Origin: Octopus sinensis
Taxonomy: Eukaryota
Length of the DNA stretch: 64,000 nt
Reading direction: 5' to 3'
NCBI RefSeq assembly: GCF_006345805.1
Contig: NC_043016.1
Coordinates: 1,302,001-1,366,000, forward strand
Both the position numbers and the translations under genes were made by a program. The notes beneath the pieces were generated by a model that was not told the DNA's origin, ran no database searches, and saw only the letters and a program-made list of their open reading frames with translations. Each line of letters opens with the position of its first letter. Positions within the stretch are counted from its first letter, which is position 1. Shown in pieces: positions 1-11,140 of this stretch.

Positions 1-111
1 GATTAGCTCCAAGAGGCCATTGCCTCTAGCTAGCTATATGACACACGAACTTGCGTCCATTACAACCTTCGAACAGGAGAGGTCAGCCGCTTCACCTTGC
101 TAGTCAGACAT

Positions 112-152
112 CTGCAGACATGTTTCAGGGTTGTTGCCCTTTATCAATGCAG
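112..152 (-). ncRNA. Minimal type I hammerhead ribozyme, U3-A8 core variant
   Basis: Minus strand reads CTGCA-TTGATAA-AGGG(CAACAA)CCCT-GAA-AC(AT)GT-C-TGCAG: 5-bp stem I, 4-bp stem II, palindromic ACATGT stem III, GUC triplet. Confidence 0.75.
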
Positions 153-330
153 CGTAGTCAGAAGCAGCAGGTGTCGCTACTGACCGTCTGTTCGAAGATT
201 TTATTTACCTAGTTACAGTGGAATAATCCACTTGTTTTCAATAATAGAAATATTAAAATTACTAAGTCTCTCATCATCATCATCTTCGAACATGGGAGGT
301 CAGCCGCTTCACATCTTGCTAGTTAGACAT

Positions 331-370
331 CTGCAGACATGTTTCAGGGTTGTTGACCTTATCAATGCAG
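331..370 (-). ncRNA. Second copy of the U3-A8 hammerhead, stem II damaged
   Basis: CTGCA-TTGATAA-GGT(CAACAA)CCCT-GAAACATGTC-TGCAG; stem II has lost pairs. A 5'-truncated third copy lies on + at 375-408. Confidence 0.55.
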
Positions 371-575
371 CGTAGATAAAGGGCAACAACCCTGAAACAT
401 GTCTGCAGATGTCTGACTAGCAAGGTGAAGCGGCTGACCTCCCCTGTTCGAAGGTTGTAATGGACGAGGTTCGTGTGTCAATAGCTAACTAGAGGCGATG
501 GCCTCTTGAAGCTAATCAGCGACAGCTTTAGTCTTATGTTTATAGACTGCCATATTAGTATGGCGATAACTATTA

Positions 576-581
576 TCTATA

Positions 582-612
<31 letters not shown>

Positions 613-613
613 A

Positions 614-668
<55 letters not shown>
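576..668. repeat. (TA)n microsatellite
   Basis: Direct reading. Confidence 0.95.
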
Positions 669-685
669 CATCGATTCTGTACCAA

Positions 686-859
686 CACGCCGAACAGGAA
701 CACAGGGGATCAATCAACAACATAGAAGTTAAAATCTGGTCCACACATAGAACAGATGCAACAATCAGACAAATTACAGAAGCTACACACATAATAGAAG
801 ATAAACCTAGCCTAAATAGGAAACTGGAATGGAACACTAGCACACACCACAACATATGA
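686..859 (+). mobile_element. Penelope-like element 3' fragment, C-terminus of GIY-YIG endonuclease
   Basis: Manual translation HAEQEHRGSINNIEVKIWSTHRTDATIRQITEATHIIEDKPSLNRKLEWN..stop; the RQITEA..I...KPSLN pattern is typical of PLE GIY-YIG C-termini; starts right after (TA)n. Confidence 0.65.
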
Positions 860-1029
860 CAGAAGAGGATCCCCATAAACTAGTTACAATATAAACAAAA
901 CCGAAAACATTAAAATACACAGATAAATAAACAAATAGAAATAAATAACTTATGTAAGTTTTTTTGTTTAATTTAAAAGATTTTTTATTTATTATTATTA
1001 TTATCATTATCATTATTATTATTATTATT

Positions 1030-1396
1030 GAGTGAGAGAGCAGTACATGCTATCAAAGTGACCTGGGGGTAAATATACGAAGCCCAATATACCCATCATG
1101 ACTACCGTCTGATAAAGGTACACCAGGCACATGCATCACAACCATATGTGCGCGACATGGTGATCTCATATCAAGATAAACAGCACATGACCTTGCAGTG
1201 GGCCCAGTTAGAATTTTCTTCAGGTTGAGTAGCCCATCCCGCTCAAAAGGTCTCTGAATAAGGGTTGTTTAAGGATGTTGAAAGAACCACCCATGTTTTC
1301 AGAGGTGAATTATTCAAACCCCAAAGAATCCCCCCAACACATGGCCATGATGCTCCCCCACTACTTCTGCTCGTGATCAGAGATGCATATATCGTC
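1030..1396 (-). mobile_element. (TAA)n-associated non-coding interspersed element, 5'-truncated copy
   Basis: Reverse complement of the 3' part of the element at 31472-31990 and 48677-49172; flanked by (TTA)n on both sides. Confidence 0.85.
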
Positions 1397-1404
1397 TATT
1401 ATTA

Positions 1405-1477
<73 letters not shown>

Positions 1478-2099
1478 TAGTATTATTGTTATACATACAT
1501 GCACACAAGCATACGTAATGATAATAATAATATGTGGATGTAAACACATGAACAAAATAAGAATAAACAAAAACAACAACAAAAACAAATTACACGAACG
1601 TATATAAATAGAAGTTACAAATATTACAGGCATCCCCCCCCACTAACTAAACATAGACGCACATAGAGATATAAGCGTGCGCAAATGAAGACATACAATA
1701 GAAATACAAAATGGCTGACGGTTAGTAAGGAGAGACACAAATAAGAAAGAAGAAAACAAAGGACCACTGATGCGGCCACGGGAGTGTGACGAAAGAACGC
1801 TGGCCGAAATAAGATTAAGATTAATGTAAAAAATAAATAACACTGACGCAAAGGAACACCAAATATATAGTGCGTGTGTTTTTATTGGCTAAACTGGCAA
1901 AATGACCATTCCGAAATATAACAATATATATATGTCATACTGTATCTGGAGAAAGTCATTCTGTTTTAATGCCGCATTACTTAACACACTCACCGGTTCA
2001 ATTTCCACTCATTTATTTATTTTTCTAACATTTTTCCAAGACTTTCCATGCTTTTTGCAACCTCTTCAATAGTCGTTGACTCTGTCGGTTAGCAGAGCT

Positions 2100-2760
2100 G
2101 CATTCTTTTTGTTTGGTTGCTTGTGCGCATGTGTGAGCATCAGTGTGTATGTGTATACACACATGTGTGTATGTATGCATGTATGTATGTATGTGTGTGT
2201 ATGCATTTATATGTATGCGTGTGTGTACGTGTGTATGTATGTGTTCTGCATATTCATGCGTTTGTGTTCATGTTGTATGTTTGTATGTGTGCGTGCGTGT
2301 ATATGGTCCTGTGATTCAGGCTTCTATTGCGTATGTGTGTATGCGTGTGTATGAGTGTGTGTTTTTGCGCTTGTCAGCAAAAACATCGTGTGTGAGTGTA
2401 CTTGTGTGTGTGTGAGCGTGTGTGCGGTATGTATATATATACATGTGCATGGTTGCTTATATATGTGGGTGTACATGCGAGTGTTACACGCGAGTATGAG
2501 TGAGCATATGCATATATAGCATCTGCGTATTTTAGACGTGTATTTGAATATAATAGTGCGCGAATAGGTATTTGCGTGTGTGTGGATATGTGTTCGTGTA
2601 CATGCATGGTTGAATATATATGTGCACTTGTTGGCGTATGCGTGGATGCGCATGTATGTTTCACACCAGTGTGAGTGAGTATATACATATAGGCACATGT
2701 ACGTTGGTGTGCATGCGCGCATGTGTATGTACATGCAAGCATAGGCGTTTGCTATGGGCA
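2100..2760. repeat. Degenerate (TG)n/(TATG)n low-complexity tract
   Basis: Direct reading; produces spurious C/V/M/Y-rich ORFs. Confidence 0.9.
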
Positions 2761-2935
2761 TTTTTACTTATTTACTTCGTTTTTTCCCCTTGTTTAACGG
2801 TCATTTTCATAGCATTTTTTTATTGCCTCAGTAACTGACGAAATGCCGGAGCAGGTTTCCGCCCCAACATTCGAAACTCCGAATCATATGGCAATCGAAT
2901 GATTTTCGCTTATTATATTACAGATACGTATATAC

Positions 2936-3690
2936 ATGAGTAATGATGCAACATTTCATGTGCATGTTGCTAAATTGGCAATGAAATGTAGGCGGCTGAC
3001 CGGATGGATTCTTAGAGCCTTTAGAACAAGAGACCAGGAAACCATGATGGTCCTCTGAAGGACACTTGTCCTAAGCCACTTTGACTATTGCTCTCAGCTA
3101 TGGTCACCATCCAGTGTCAAATTAATCACAGAACTTGAGGCGATCCAACGAAGCTACACGAAGAAGATAGCCTCTGTGCAGCATATAAGCTATTGGGAAA
3201 GACTCAAGAGATTAAGACTCTGTTCCTTAGAGCGTGGGCGAGAAAGATATGCCATAATATACATCTGGAAGATCCTGGAAGGACTTGTCCCAAACTTTAG
3301 CATCGAAAGTGACACAAATACTAGGACTGGGTACCACTGCATAGTGCCAAGGACTCCAAATTTGCCATCGTGATGTAGGACAAGATACTGCAATAGCCTG
3401 GGCTTCAGAGGCCCACAGCTCTTCAATATCCTCCCGAAGGACCTGAGAGATCTGCATGGGGTGGATGCAGATGTCTTTAAAATGAAACTGGATCTCTTCT
3501 TGTCAAGTATCCCAGATGAACCAACTTCACGGCAGGAGGTGCATATGAGGGCAGCTGCATCGAACTCTCTCATGCACCAAATGGCAATTACTAAAAAGCA
3601 TTCGTGAAGTAAAATCATGTAGCAACACCGAATTGCGGTGCCCCAGCATAGCCACGGCTCGTGAGCTGAAATTAGATAAAAATAAAAAAA
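2936..3690 (+). mobile_element. CR1/L2-group LINE 3' fragment (post-RT region + 3' UTR)
   Basis: ORF 3176-3373 SYWERLKRLRLCSLERGRERYAIIYIWKILEGLVPNF is homologous to ORF 58245-58622 of the LINE at 58-61 kb. Confidence 0.85.
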
Positions 3691-3899
3691 TAAAATATAT
3701 ATATCAAAATGTGTCCGCGTGTGTACCGTTGGCGATTTTTTTCCTCCGTCTTCCCTTCTCTGGATCTTTCCTTTCCTGTGTTTCGAAACGTTAAACCCTC
3801 TTTCTTCCCTTCCTTCCTGAGCGTCCAATAATACTATATTTGTTCCACGTCCTCGCGTTGTTGTGTTTTCTCTTTGTGTTTTCATGTTTGGATTAACTT

Positions 3900-3930
<31 letters not shown>

Positions 3931-3934
3931 TATA

Positions 3935-3974
<40 letters not shown>

Positions 3975-4208
3975 TATATTATATATATATATATATATAT
4001 AATATATATATATATATATTATATAAAAGGGCTTAGTAAAATAAATTACTTTGCCGCATACTGAACTCATTAGAAATAGCAGCTAAAAAACTTTTTTAAG
4101 GCTATTTCTAATACTTAAAGAAAATCTCTCTCATATATAGTGTTTGCATAATTTAACTCACAAAAGTTTGGGGGTAATGACATCGAAAAATCAAATGCTA
4201 AGGTTATT

Positions 4209-4260
4209 CGAGAACGTACGTTTCAAGATTAGTCAAAACAACATTTCTATCATCGGCTCG
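4209..4260 (-). ncRNA. Hammerhead-like motif in each left-arm unit (also ~4754-4805, 5298-5349, 5844-5895)
   Basis: Minus strand CGAG-CCGATGA-T AGA..GTT(GTTTT)GAC..TCT T-GAA-AC(GTAC)GT-T-CTCG; stem I CGAG/CTCG; palindromic stem III; core has U4C. Confidence 0.55.
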
Positions 4261-7115
4261 GAAATTCCTTGGTTTGGATTGGAAACACTGAAAATAAGAA
4301 CATACCCTCTCGAAGATCTGCTCCCAACTAACAGTGTCAACAAATTCAAAATAAGCAAGCGAAGAATCTCTGTTCTCCCCTTTCCACCAGCGTGGGTTAA
4401 AATCATCAAACTCTATGCTTATTTCGGTAAAGTCCGAAGCATTAATCAGAGGGAGATTAATTATAATTTCAACAATTGAGGGCAAAATTAATTAATTATT
4501 AATCAATTTCACCAAGTGTTCAGTATGCAAAGGGACCATTCAAGGCGAATTCAAATTATTACATTATATAAAAGGGCTTAGTAAAATAAATTACTTTGCC
4601 GCATACTGAACTCATTAGAAATAGCAGCTAAAAAACTTTTTTAAGGCTATTTCTAATACTTAAAGAAAATCTCTCTCATATATAGTGTTTGCATAATTTA
4701 ACTCACAAAAGTTTGGGGGTAATGACATCGAAAAATCAAATGCTAAGGTTATTCGAGAACGTACGTTTCAAGATTAGTCAAAACAACATTTCTATCATCG
4801 GCTCGGAAATTCCTTGGTTTGGATTTGAAACACTGAAAATAAGAACATACCCTCTCGAAGATCTGCTCCCAACTAACAGTGTCAACAAATTCAAAATAAG
4901 CAAGCGAAGAATCTCTGTTCTCCCCTTCCACCAGCGTGGGTTAAAATCATCAAACTCTATGCTTATTTCGGTAAAGTCCGAAGCATTAATCAGAGGGAGA
5001 TTAATTATAATTTCAACAATTGAGGGCAAAATTAATTAATTATTAATCAATTTCACCAAGTGTTCAGTATGCAAAGGGACCATTCAAGGCGAATTCAAAT
5101 TATTACATTATATAAAAGGGCTTAGTAAAATAAATTACTTTGCCGCATACTGAACTCATTAGAAATAGCAGCTAAAAAACTTTTTTAAGGCTATTTCTAA
5201 TACTTAAAGAAAATCTCTCTCATATATAGTGTTTGCATAATTTAACTCACAAAAGTTTGGGGGTAATGACATCGAAAAATCAAATGCTAAGGTTATTCGA
5301 GAACGTACGTTTCAAGATTAGTCAAAACAACATTTCTATCATCGGCTCGGAAATTCCTTGGTTTGGATTTGGAAACACTGAAAATAAGAACATACCCTCT
5401 CGAAGATCTGCTCCCAACTAACAGTGTCAACAAATTCAAAATAAGCAAGCGAAGAATCTCTGTTCTCCCCTTTCCACCAGCGTGGGTTAAAATCATCAAA
5501 CTCTATGCTTATTTCGGTAAAGTCCGAAGCATTAATCAGAGGGAGATTAATTATAATTTCAACAATTGAGGGCAAAATTAATTAATTATTAATCAATTTC
5601 ACCAAGTGTTCAGTATGCAAAGGGACCATTCAAGGCGAATTCAAATTATTACATTATATAAAAGGGCTTAGTAAAATAAATTACTTTGCCGCATACTGAA
5701 CTCATTAGAAATAGCAGCTAAAAAACTTTTTTAAGGCTATTTCTAATACTTAAAGAAAATCTCTCTCATATATAGTGTTTGCATAATTTAACTCACAAAA
5801 GTTTGGGGGTAATGACATCGAAAAATCAAATGCTAAGGTTATTCGAGAACGTACGTTTCAAGATTAGTCAAAACAACATTTCTATCATCGGCTCGGAAAT
5901 TCCTTGGTTTGGATTTGGAAACACTGAAAATAAGAACATACCCTCTCGAAGATCTGTTAGTTGGGAGCAGATCTTCGAGAGGGTATGTTCTTATTTTCAG
6001 TGTTTCCAAATCCAAACCAAGGAATTTCCGAGCCGATGATAGAAATGTGTTTTGACTAATCTTGAAACGTACGTTCTCGAATAACCTTAGCATTTGATTT
6101 TTCGATGTCATTACCCCCAAACTTTTGTGAGTTAAATTATGCAAACACTATATATGAGAGAGATTTTCTTTAAGTATTAGAAATAGCCTTAAAAAAGTTT
6201 TTTAGCTGCTATTTCTAATGAGTTCAGTATGCGGCAAAGTAATTTATTTTACTAAGCCCTTTTATATAATGTAATAATTTGAATTCGCCTTGAATGGTCC
6301 CTTTGCATACTGAACACTTGGTGAAATTGATTAATAATTAATTAATTTTGCCCTCAATTGTTGAAATTATAATTAATCTCCCTCTGATTAATGCTTCGGA
6401 CTTTACCGAAATAAGCATAGAGTTTGATGATTTTAACCCACGCTGGTGGAAAGGGGAGAACAGAGATTCTTCGCTTGCTTATTTTGAATTTGTTGACACT
6501 GTTAGTTGGGAGCAGATCTTCGAGAGGGTATGTTCTTATTTTCAGTGTTTCCAAATCCAAACCAAGGATTTCCGAGCCGATGATAGAAATGTGTTTTGAC
6601 TAATCTTGAAACGTACGTTCTCGAATAACCTTAGCATTTGATTTTTCGATGTCATTACCCCCAAACTTTTGTGAGTTAAATTATGCAAACACTATATATG
6701 AGAGAGATTTTCTTTAAGTATTAGAAATAGCCTAAAAAAGTTTTTTAGCTGCTATTTCTAATGAGTTCAGTATGCGGCAAAGTAATTTATTTTACTAAGC
6801 CCTTTTATATAATGTAATAATTTGAATTCGCCTTGAATGGTCCCTTTGCATACTGAACACTTGGTGAAATTGATTAATAATTAATTAATTTTGCCCTCAA
6901 TTGTTGAAATTATAATTAATCTCCCTCTGATTAATGCTTCGGACTTTACCGAAATAAGCATAGAGTTGATGATTTTAACCCACGCTGGTGGAAAGGGGAG
7001 AACAGAGATTCTTCGCTTGCTTATTTTGAATTTGTTGACACTGTTAGTTGGGAGCAGATCTTCGAGAGGGTATGTTCTTATTTTCAGTGTTTCCAAATCC
7101 AAACCAAGGAATTTC

Positions 7116-7167
7116 CGAGCCGATGATAGAAATGTTGTTTTGACTAATCTTGAAACGTACGTTCTCG
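7116..7167 (+). ncRNA. Hammerhead-like motif in each right-arm unit (also 6029-6079, 6573-6623, 7661-7712)
   Basis: CGAG CCGATGA TAGAAATGTTGTTTTGACTAATCTT GAAACGTACGTT CTCG read directly on the + strand. Confidence 0.55.
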
Positions 7168-8000
7168 AATAACCTTAGCATTTGATTTTTCGATGTCATT
7201 ACCCCCAAACTTTTGTGAGTTAAATTATGCAAACACTATATATGAGAGAGATTTTCTTTAAGTATTAGAAATAGCCTTAAAAAAGTTTTTTAGCTGCTAT
7301 TTCTAATGAGTTCAGTATGCGGCAAAGTAATTTATTTTACTAAGCCCTTTTATATAATGTAATAATTTGAATTCGCCTTGAATGGTCCCTTTGCATACTG
7401 AACACTTGGTGAAATTGATTAATAATTAATTAATTTTGCCCTCAATTGTTGAAATTATAATTAATCTCCCTCTGATTAATGCTTCGGACTTTACCGAAAT
7501 AAGCATAGAGTTTGATGATTTTAACCCACGCTGGTGGAAGGGGAGAACAGAGATTCTTCGCTTGCTTATTTTGAATTTGTTGACACTGTTAGTTGGGAGC
7601 AGATCTTCGAGAGGGTATGTTCTTATTTTCAGTGTTTCCAAATCCAAACCAAGGAATTTCCGAGCCGATGATAGAAATGTTGTTTTGACTAATCTTGAAA
7701 CGTACGTTCTCGAATAACCTTAGCATTTGATTTTTCGATGTCATTACCCCCAAACTTTTGTGAGTTAAATTATGCAAACACTATATATGAGAGAGATTTT
7801 CTTTAAGTATTAGAAATAGCCTTAAAAAAGTTTTTTAGCTGCTATTTCTAATGAGTTCAGTATGCGGCAAAGTAATTTATTTTACTAAGCCCTTTTATAT
7901 AATGTAATAATTTGAATTCGCCTTGAATGGTCCCTTTGCATACTGAACACTTGGTGAAATTGATTAATAATTAATTAATTTTGCCCTCAATTGTTGAAAT

Positions 8001-8033
<33 letters not shown>

Positions 8034-8870
8034 GAGTAATTGAATGAATTATCTTATTAAGGATAATTCGAAAGATAACCGATACCAGGGTAGCAAATTC
8101 ACATAAGAAAGAACACGGTTGAAGCTACGTCCCTAGGGCATAGACTACGTGTCTTCGTGCGGAAATTTGTATGTATATTTTAAAATTATAAGTATATGAA
8201 AGAATGGAGTTGAACGACTAGTTAACAAATATCCTTTATTCTCGACATATGTTTCGAAGGCTGCATATTCCTAATTCCGAAGGAATAAGGAGTACATTAT
8301 GCAGATTTCTCATCAGGAAACTCAAGGAACTTATGTCGACATCAAAATGCACAAAAAACTTTTAGCTGACCGCTCTCAAGGAGCCCATGGCGATAATGAG
8401 TGTCTCTTTATAATGGATGACGTCAGAGTGGCTGAATGTAGAAGAATCTAGAAGTTTCTAAAGGTTCAAGAGTTCAAAAGAAGTAGGAGGAGGGAGGCAT
8501 AAGAATAGTAAGGTGAGAGAGTGCAGGTCAAAAGAATGGTGGGTTTTAAATGATTTATTTTGTGAATGAGTGCCTGTGTGTGTGACTGTATATAACTGTC
8601 TTAATGTGTGTGTGTGTGCGTGATTGTGTATGTGGATGGGTAGATGTCAGAAACCTGACAGCAGTGAGGTGAGAGGTCTGTGTCTGTGTGTTCGATTATG
8701 TTTACTATAGAGAAAGGAAAGTAGATAGCGAAAGGGAGAAAGAATCGGGCGAGGTGAGAGGCAATGCAAGGATGGATAGTAGTAATTGGGAATATAAGAA
8801 AATCTTTTTGACTATGGGGGTGAAATATAGCAAAAATTTTTTTGGGAAATCGAGGGGTTATCTATATTTT
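8034..8870 (-). mobile_element. Penelope-like pLTR plus 3' UTR-like fragment
   Basis: Abuts (TA)n; contains a canonical HHR; purine/GT-rich segment resembles the region next to the GIY-YIG ORF of the PLE at 20.8-21.2 kb. Confidence 0.55.
8239..8320 (-). ncRNA. Type I hammerhead ribozyme, canonical core
   Basis: TTTC-CTGATGA-GAA..CTGCATA(...)TATGCAG..TTC-GAA-AC(ATAT)GT-C-GAGA: full CUGAUGA/GAAA/GUC core, G10.1-C11.1 closure, extended stem II, palindromic ACATATGT stem III. Confidence 0.8.
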
Positions 8871-8889
8871 ATTATTATCATTATTATTC

Positions 8890-10445
8890 AGTAGTTTTAT
8901 TTTTATAGCGTGCTTTCACTTCACTACCGAGCGCAGCTCTGTGTGCCTTGGGTATGTGCTGTGATTTGTTGTGATGCTCTGATGGTTATTGTATGGAAAG
9001 TGTTCTGCGTAGGATGTATGCAGTGCCTAGTAGTGCAATTTTCTGTATGTTATATGTGTTTGTAAGTCCTGGTGTTTTGTTTTATGTATTTGTCTGAATA
9101 TTTTTTATCATGCCTAATGCACCTTCTATGATAGGAATTGTTTTGTTTCAGATTCCACATTCTAGTTACCTCTATTTCCAGGTCTTTGTATGTTAGAGTT
9201 TTTCCATTTCTTTAGAGACACGTTGTCATCTGCCGGTATTGATACATCAATTAGAAAGCATTTTTTTTCTTCATGATTTCTGACAACTATATCTGGTCTG
9301 TTGGCCTTAATTTCTGTATCTGTGTGTATCGGCATATCCCAGAGTATGGTTGCTTTCTCGTTTTCTGTGACCTTTTCTGGTGTGTGCCTATACCATCTTT
9401 TTTCTGTTGTTATTCCATAATGTTGGCATAGCTTCCAATGTATGTAGGTTCCAACTCTGTCATGTCTGTGAATATATTCCTTCATAGCCAGGACTGGGCA
9501 GCTAGAGTTAATATGATTTATTGTTTCGTGTCCATCTCCACATATTCTGCAGTTACTTGTAATATTTCTTTTCATTACATGTTTTTGGTAATTTCTGGTG
9601 GAGAGGCTTTTTTCTTGTGCTGCAATTAAAAATCCCTCTGTTTCTGCTTTGAATCCTGAGCTTCTCAACCATTGCTGGGATTTTTCTTTGTCTATTTCTT
9701 TTGCGTTTAGTTTAGTCCAGTATTTACCATGAAGGGGCTTTCTTGCCATCGTTTTATCATGGTTCGTTGCTGTTCTATTTTAGTTTGGATTTCATTTGTT
9801 TTATAGCTTTTGTTGTTTCTTCATCTTCTTCTTCTTCTTCTTCTTCTTCTTCTTCTTTTCTTCTTCCTTCTTCTTCTTCTTCTTCTTCTTCTTCTTCTTC
9901 TTCTTCTTCTTCTTCTTCTTCTCTTCTTCTTCATGTTTATTTTGGTGGTATGATTTCTTGTTTGTATTTGTCAGCCTCCTTAAATACTGAGAACAGTTTT
10001 TGTTTTGCTCGTGTTTTGCCGCTATCTGGATCAGTTTTCCTTCCTTCTGAAGTAGATATTTTTGCAGTCCTATGGTGGTTATTTTATAGTAGTATTCCAG
10101 CTGTATAAGGCCTCTACCACCTTCTATACGTTGTATATATAGTCTTTCTATGTCAGTTTGGGTGATGCATCCTAGATCCTGTCATTATTTTTCTTGTTTT
10201 CCTATCTATTTTGGTCAGTTCATTTCGCGTCCAGTTAAGGATATTAAGTAACTTATAACTGGGACAGCTAAAGTGTTGATACCTATTATCTTGTTTTTAG
10301 CATTGAGCTCTGTGTTAGTATTGATCTAACTCGTCTATAATATTCTTTTTTTTATTTTCTCTTTCATTTGTGTGTGTTGTGTCTTATCTAGTTCATGGAT
10401 TCCTAAGTATTTGTAAGTTTGGCTTTGGTCTAATTCTTTTATTTC
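8890..10445 (-). mobile_element. R4/Dong-like RLE LINE, subfamily A, 5'-truncated
   Basis: ORF 9162-9749: CRICGDGHETINHINSSC (CCHC), RHD, NRPDIVV..IDVSIP (PD-(D/E)xK); closely matches 40.7-42.2 kb; (TTA)n on both sides. Confidence 0.92.
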
Positions 10446-10453
10446 ATTGGTTT

Positions 10454-10521
<68 letters not shown>

Positions 10522-10630
10522 GTTATTGTTATTGTTATTGTTATTATTATTGTTATTGTTATTATTATTATTATTGTTATTGTTATTGTTATTGTTGTTG
10601 TTGTTGTTGTTGCTGTTATTGTCGTCGTTG

Positions 10631-10667
<37 letters not shown>

Positions 10668-10681
10668 TGTTGTTGTTGTTG

Positions 10682-10722
<41 letters not shown>

Positions 10723-10780
10723 ATCATCATCATCATCATCATCATCATGATAATAATAATAATAATGATGATGATGATGA
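10446..10780. repeat. Compound trinucleotide array (TTA/TTG/GTC/ATC/ATA/ATG)
   Basis: Direct reading. Confidence 0.9.
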
Positions 10781-11100
10781 TTTTCCAAGAAATATTCACA
10801 TCAGCAAAACAAAAGCTGACCTCTATCACAGTAAATCTTTTTTCATGTTTGTTCCAAGCAACAATATCCTGCCTACTATTTTTGACAGATGTTTTATTAG
10901 GAATGTTCCACCAGTATTCCTTGTACTGATATTTGTATACGTATTCAATAGAGGGTTCTCTATATTTATTCCAGGACGGTCTTGTTTTCATAATGTCATT
11001 GTTTATTGTTTTGGCAACACGTCATGTCGCATAGGGAGGTTAGTAACTTGATGACATTTTGGGCAGCTGCTAATCATGTGTGATGTCTTCCATAGAAATA
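10781..11100 (-). mobile_element. RLE LINE fragment, subfamily D
   Basis: EYWWNIPNKTSVKNSRQDIVAWNKHEKRFTVIEVS..ADVNI in ORF 10335-10991 is a degenerate PD-(D/E)xK domain. Confidence 0.65.
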
Positions 11101-11107
11101 TGACATA

Positions 11108-11140
<33 letters not shown>

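Larger units (their letters stand above)
1..575. mobile_element. Penelope-like pseudo-LTR module cluster with fold-back (inverted + partial direct copies)
   Basis: 1-145 is the reverse complement of 375-517; ~285-374 is a direct partial copy of ~67-156; the same module recurs at 13690-14030; carries HHR motifs; ends in (TA)n at ~576. Confidence 0.75.
4022..8004. repeat. Palindromic tandem array of a 545-bp HHR-bearing unit (retrozyme/pLTR-like multimer)
   Basis: Unit start TATAAAAGGGCTTAG at 4022, 4567, 5111, 5657; orientation flips at 5956/5957; inverted units end at 6266, 6809, 7354, 7899, plus a partial unit to 8004; copies differ mainly by 1-bp indels; (TA)n on both flanks. Confidence 0.95.

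Noticed and set aside
1935-2090. DNA transposon end (TACTGTATCTGGAGAAAGT)
   Set aside because: No partner TIR or transposase motif visible.
4144-4479. 111-aa ORF repeated in each 545-bp unit
   Set aside because: Starts at TTG, shows no recognisable domain, and its length changes between copies with 1-bp indels; treated as a chance ORF.
4022-8004. CRISPR-like or rDNA-type array
   Set aside because: Units are 545 bp, identical throughout, with no unique spacers and no rRNA or 5S similarity; the context is eukaryotic.
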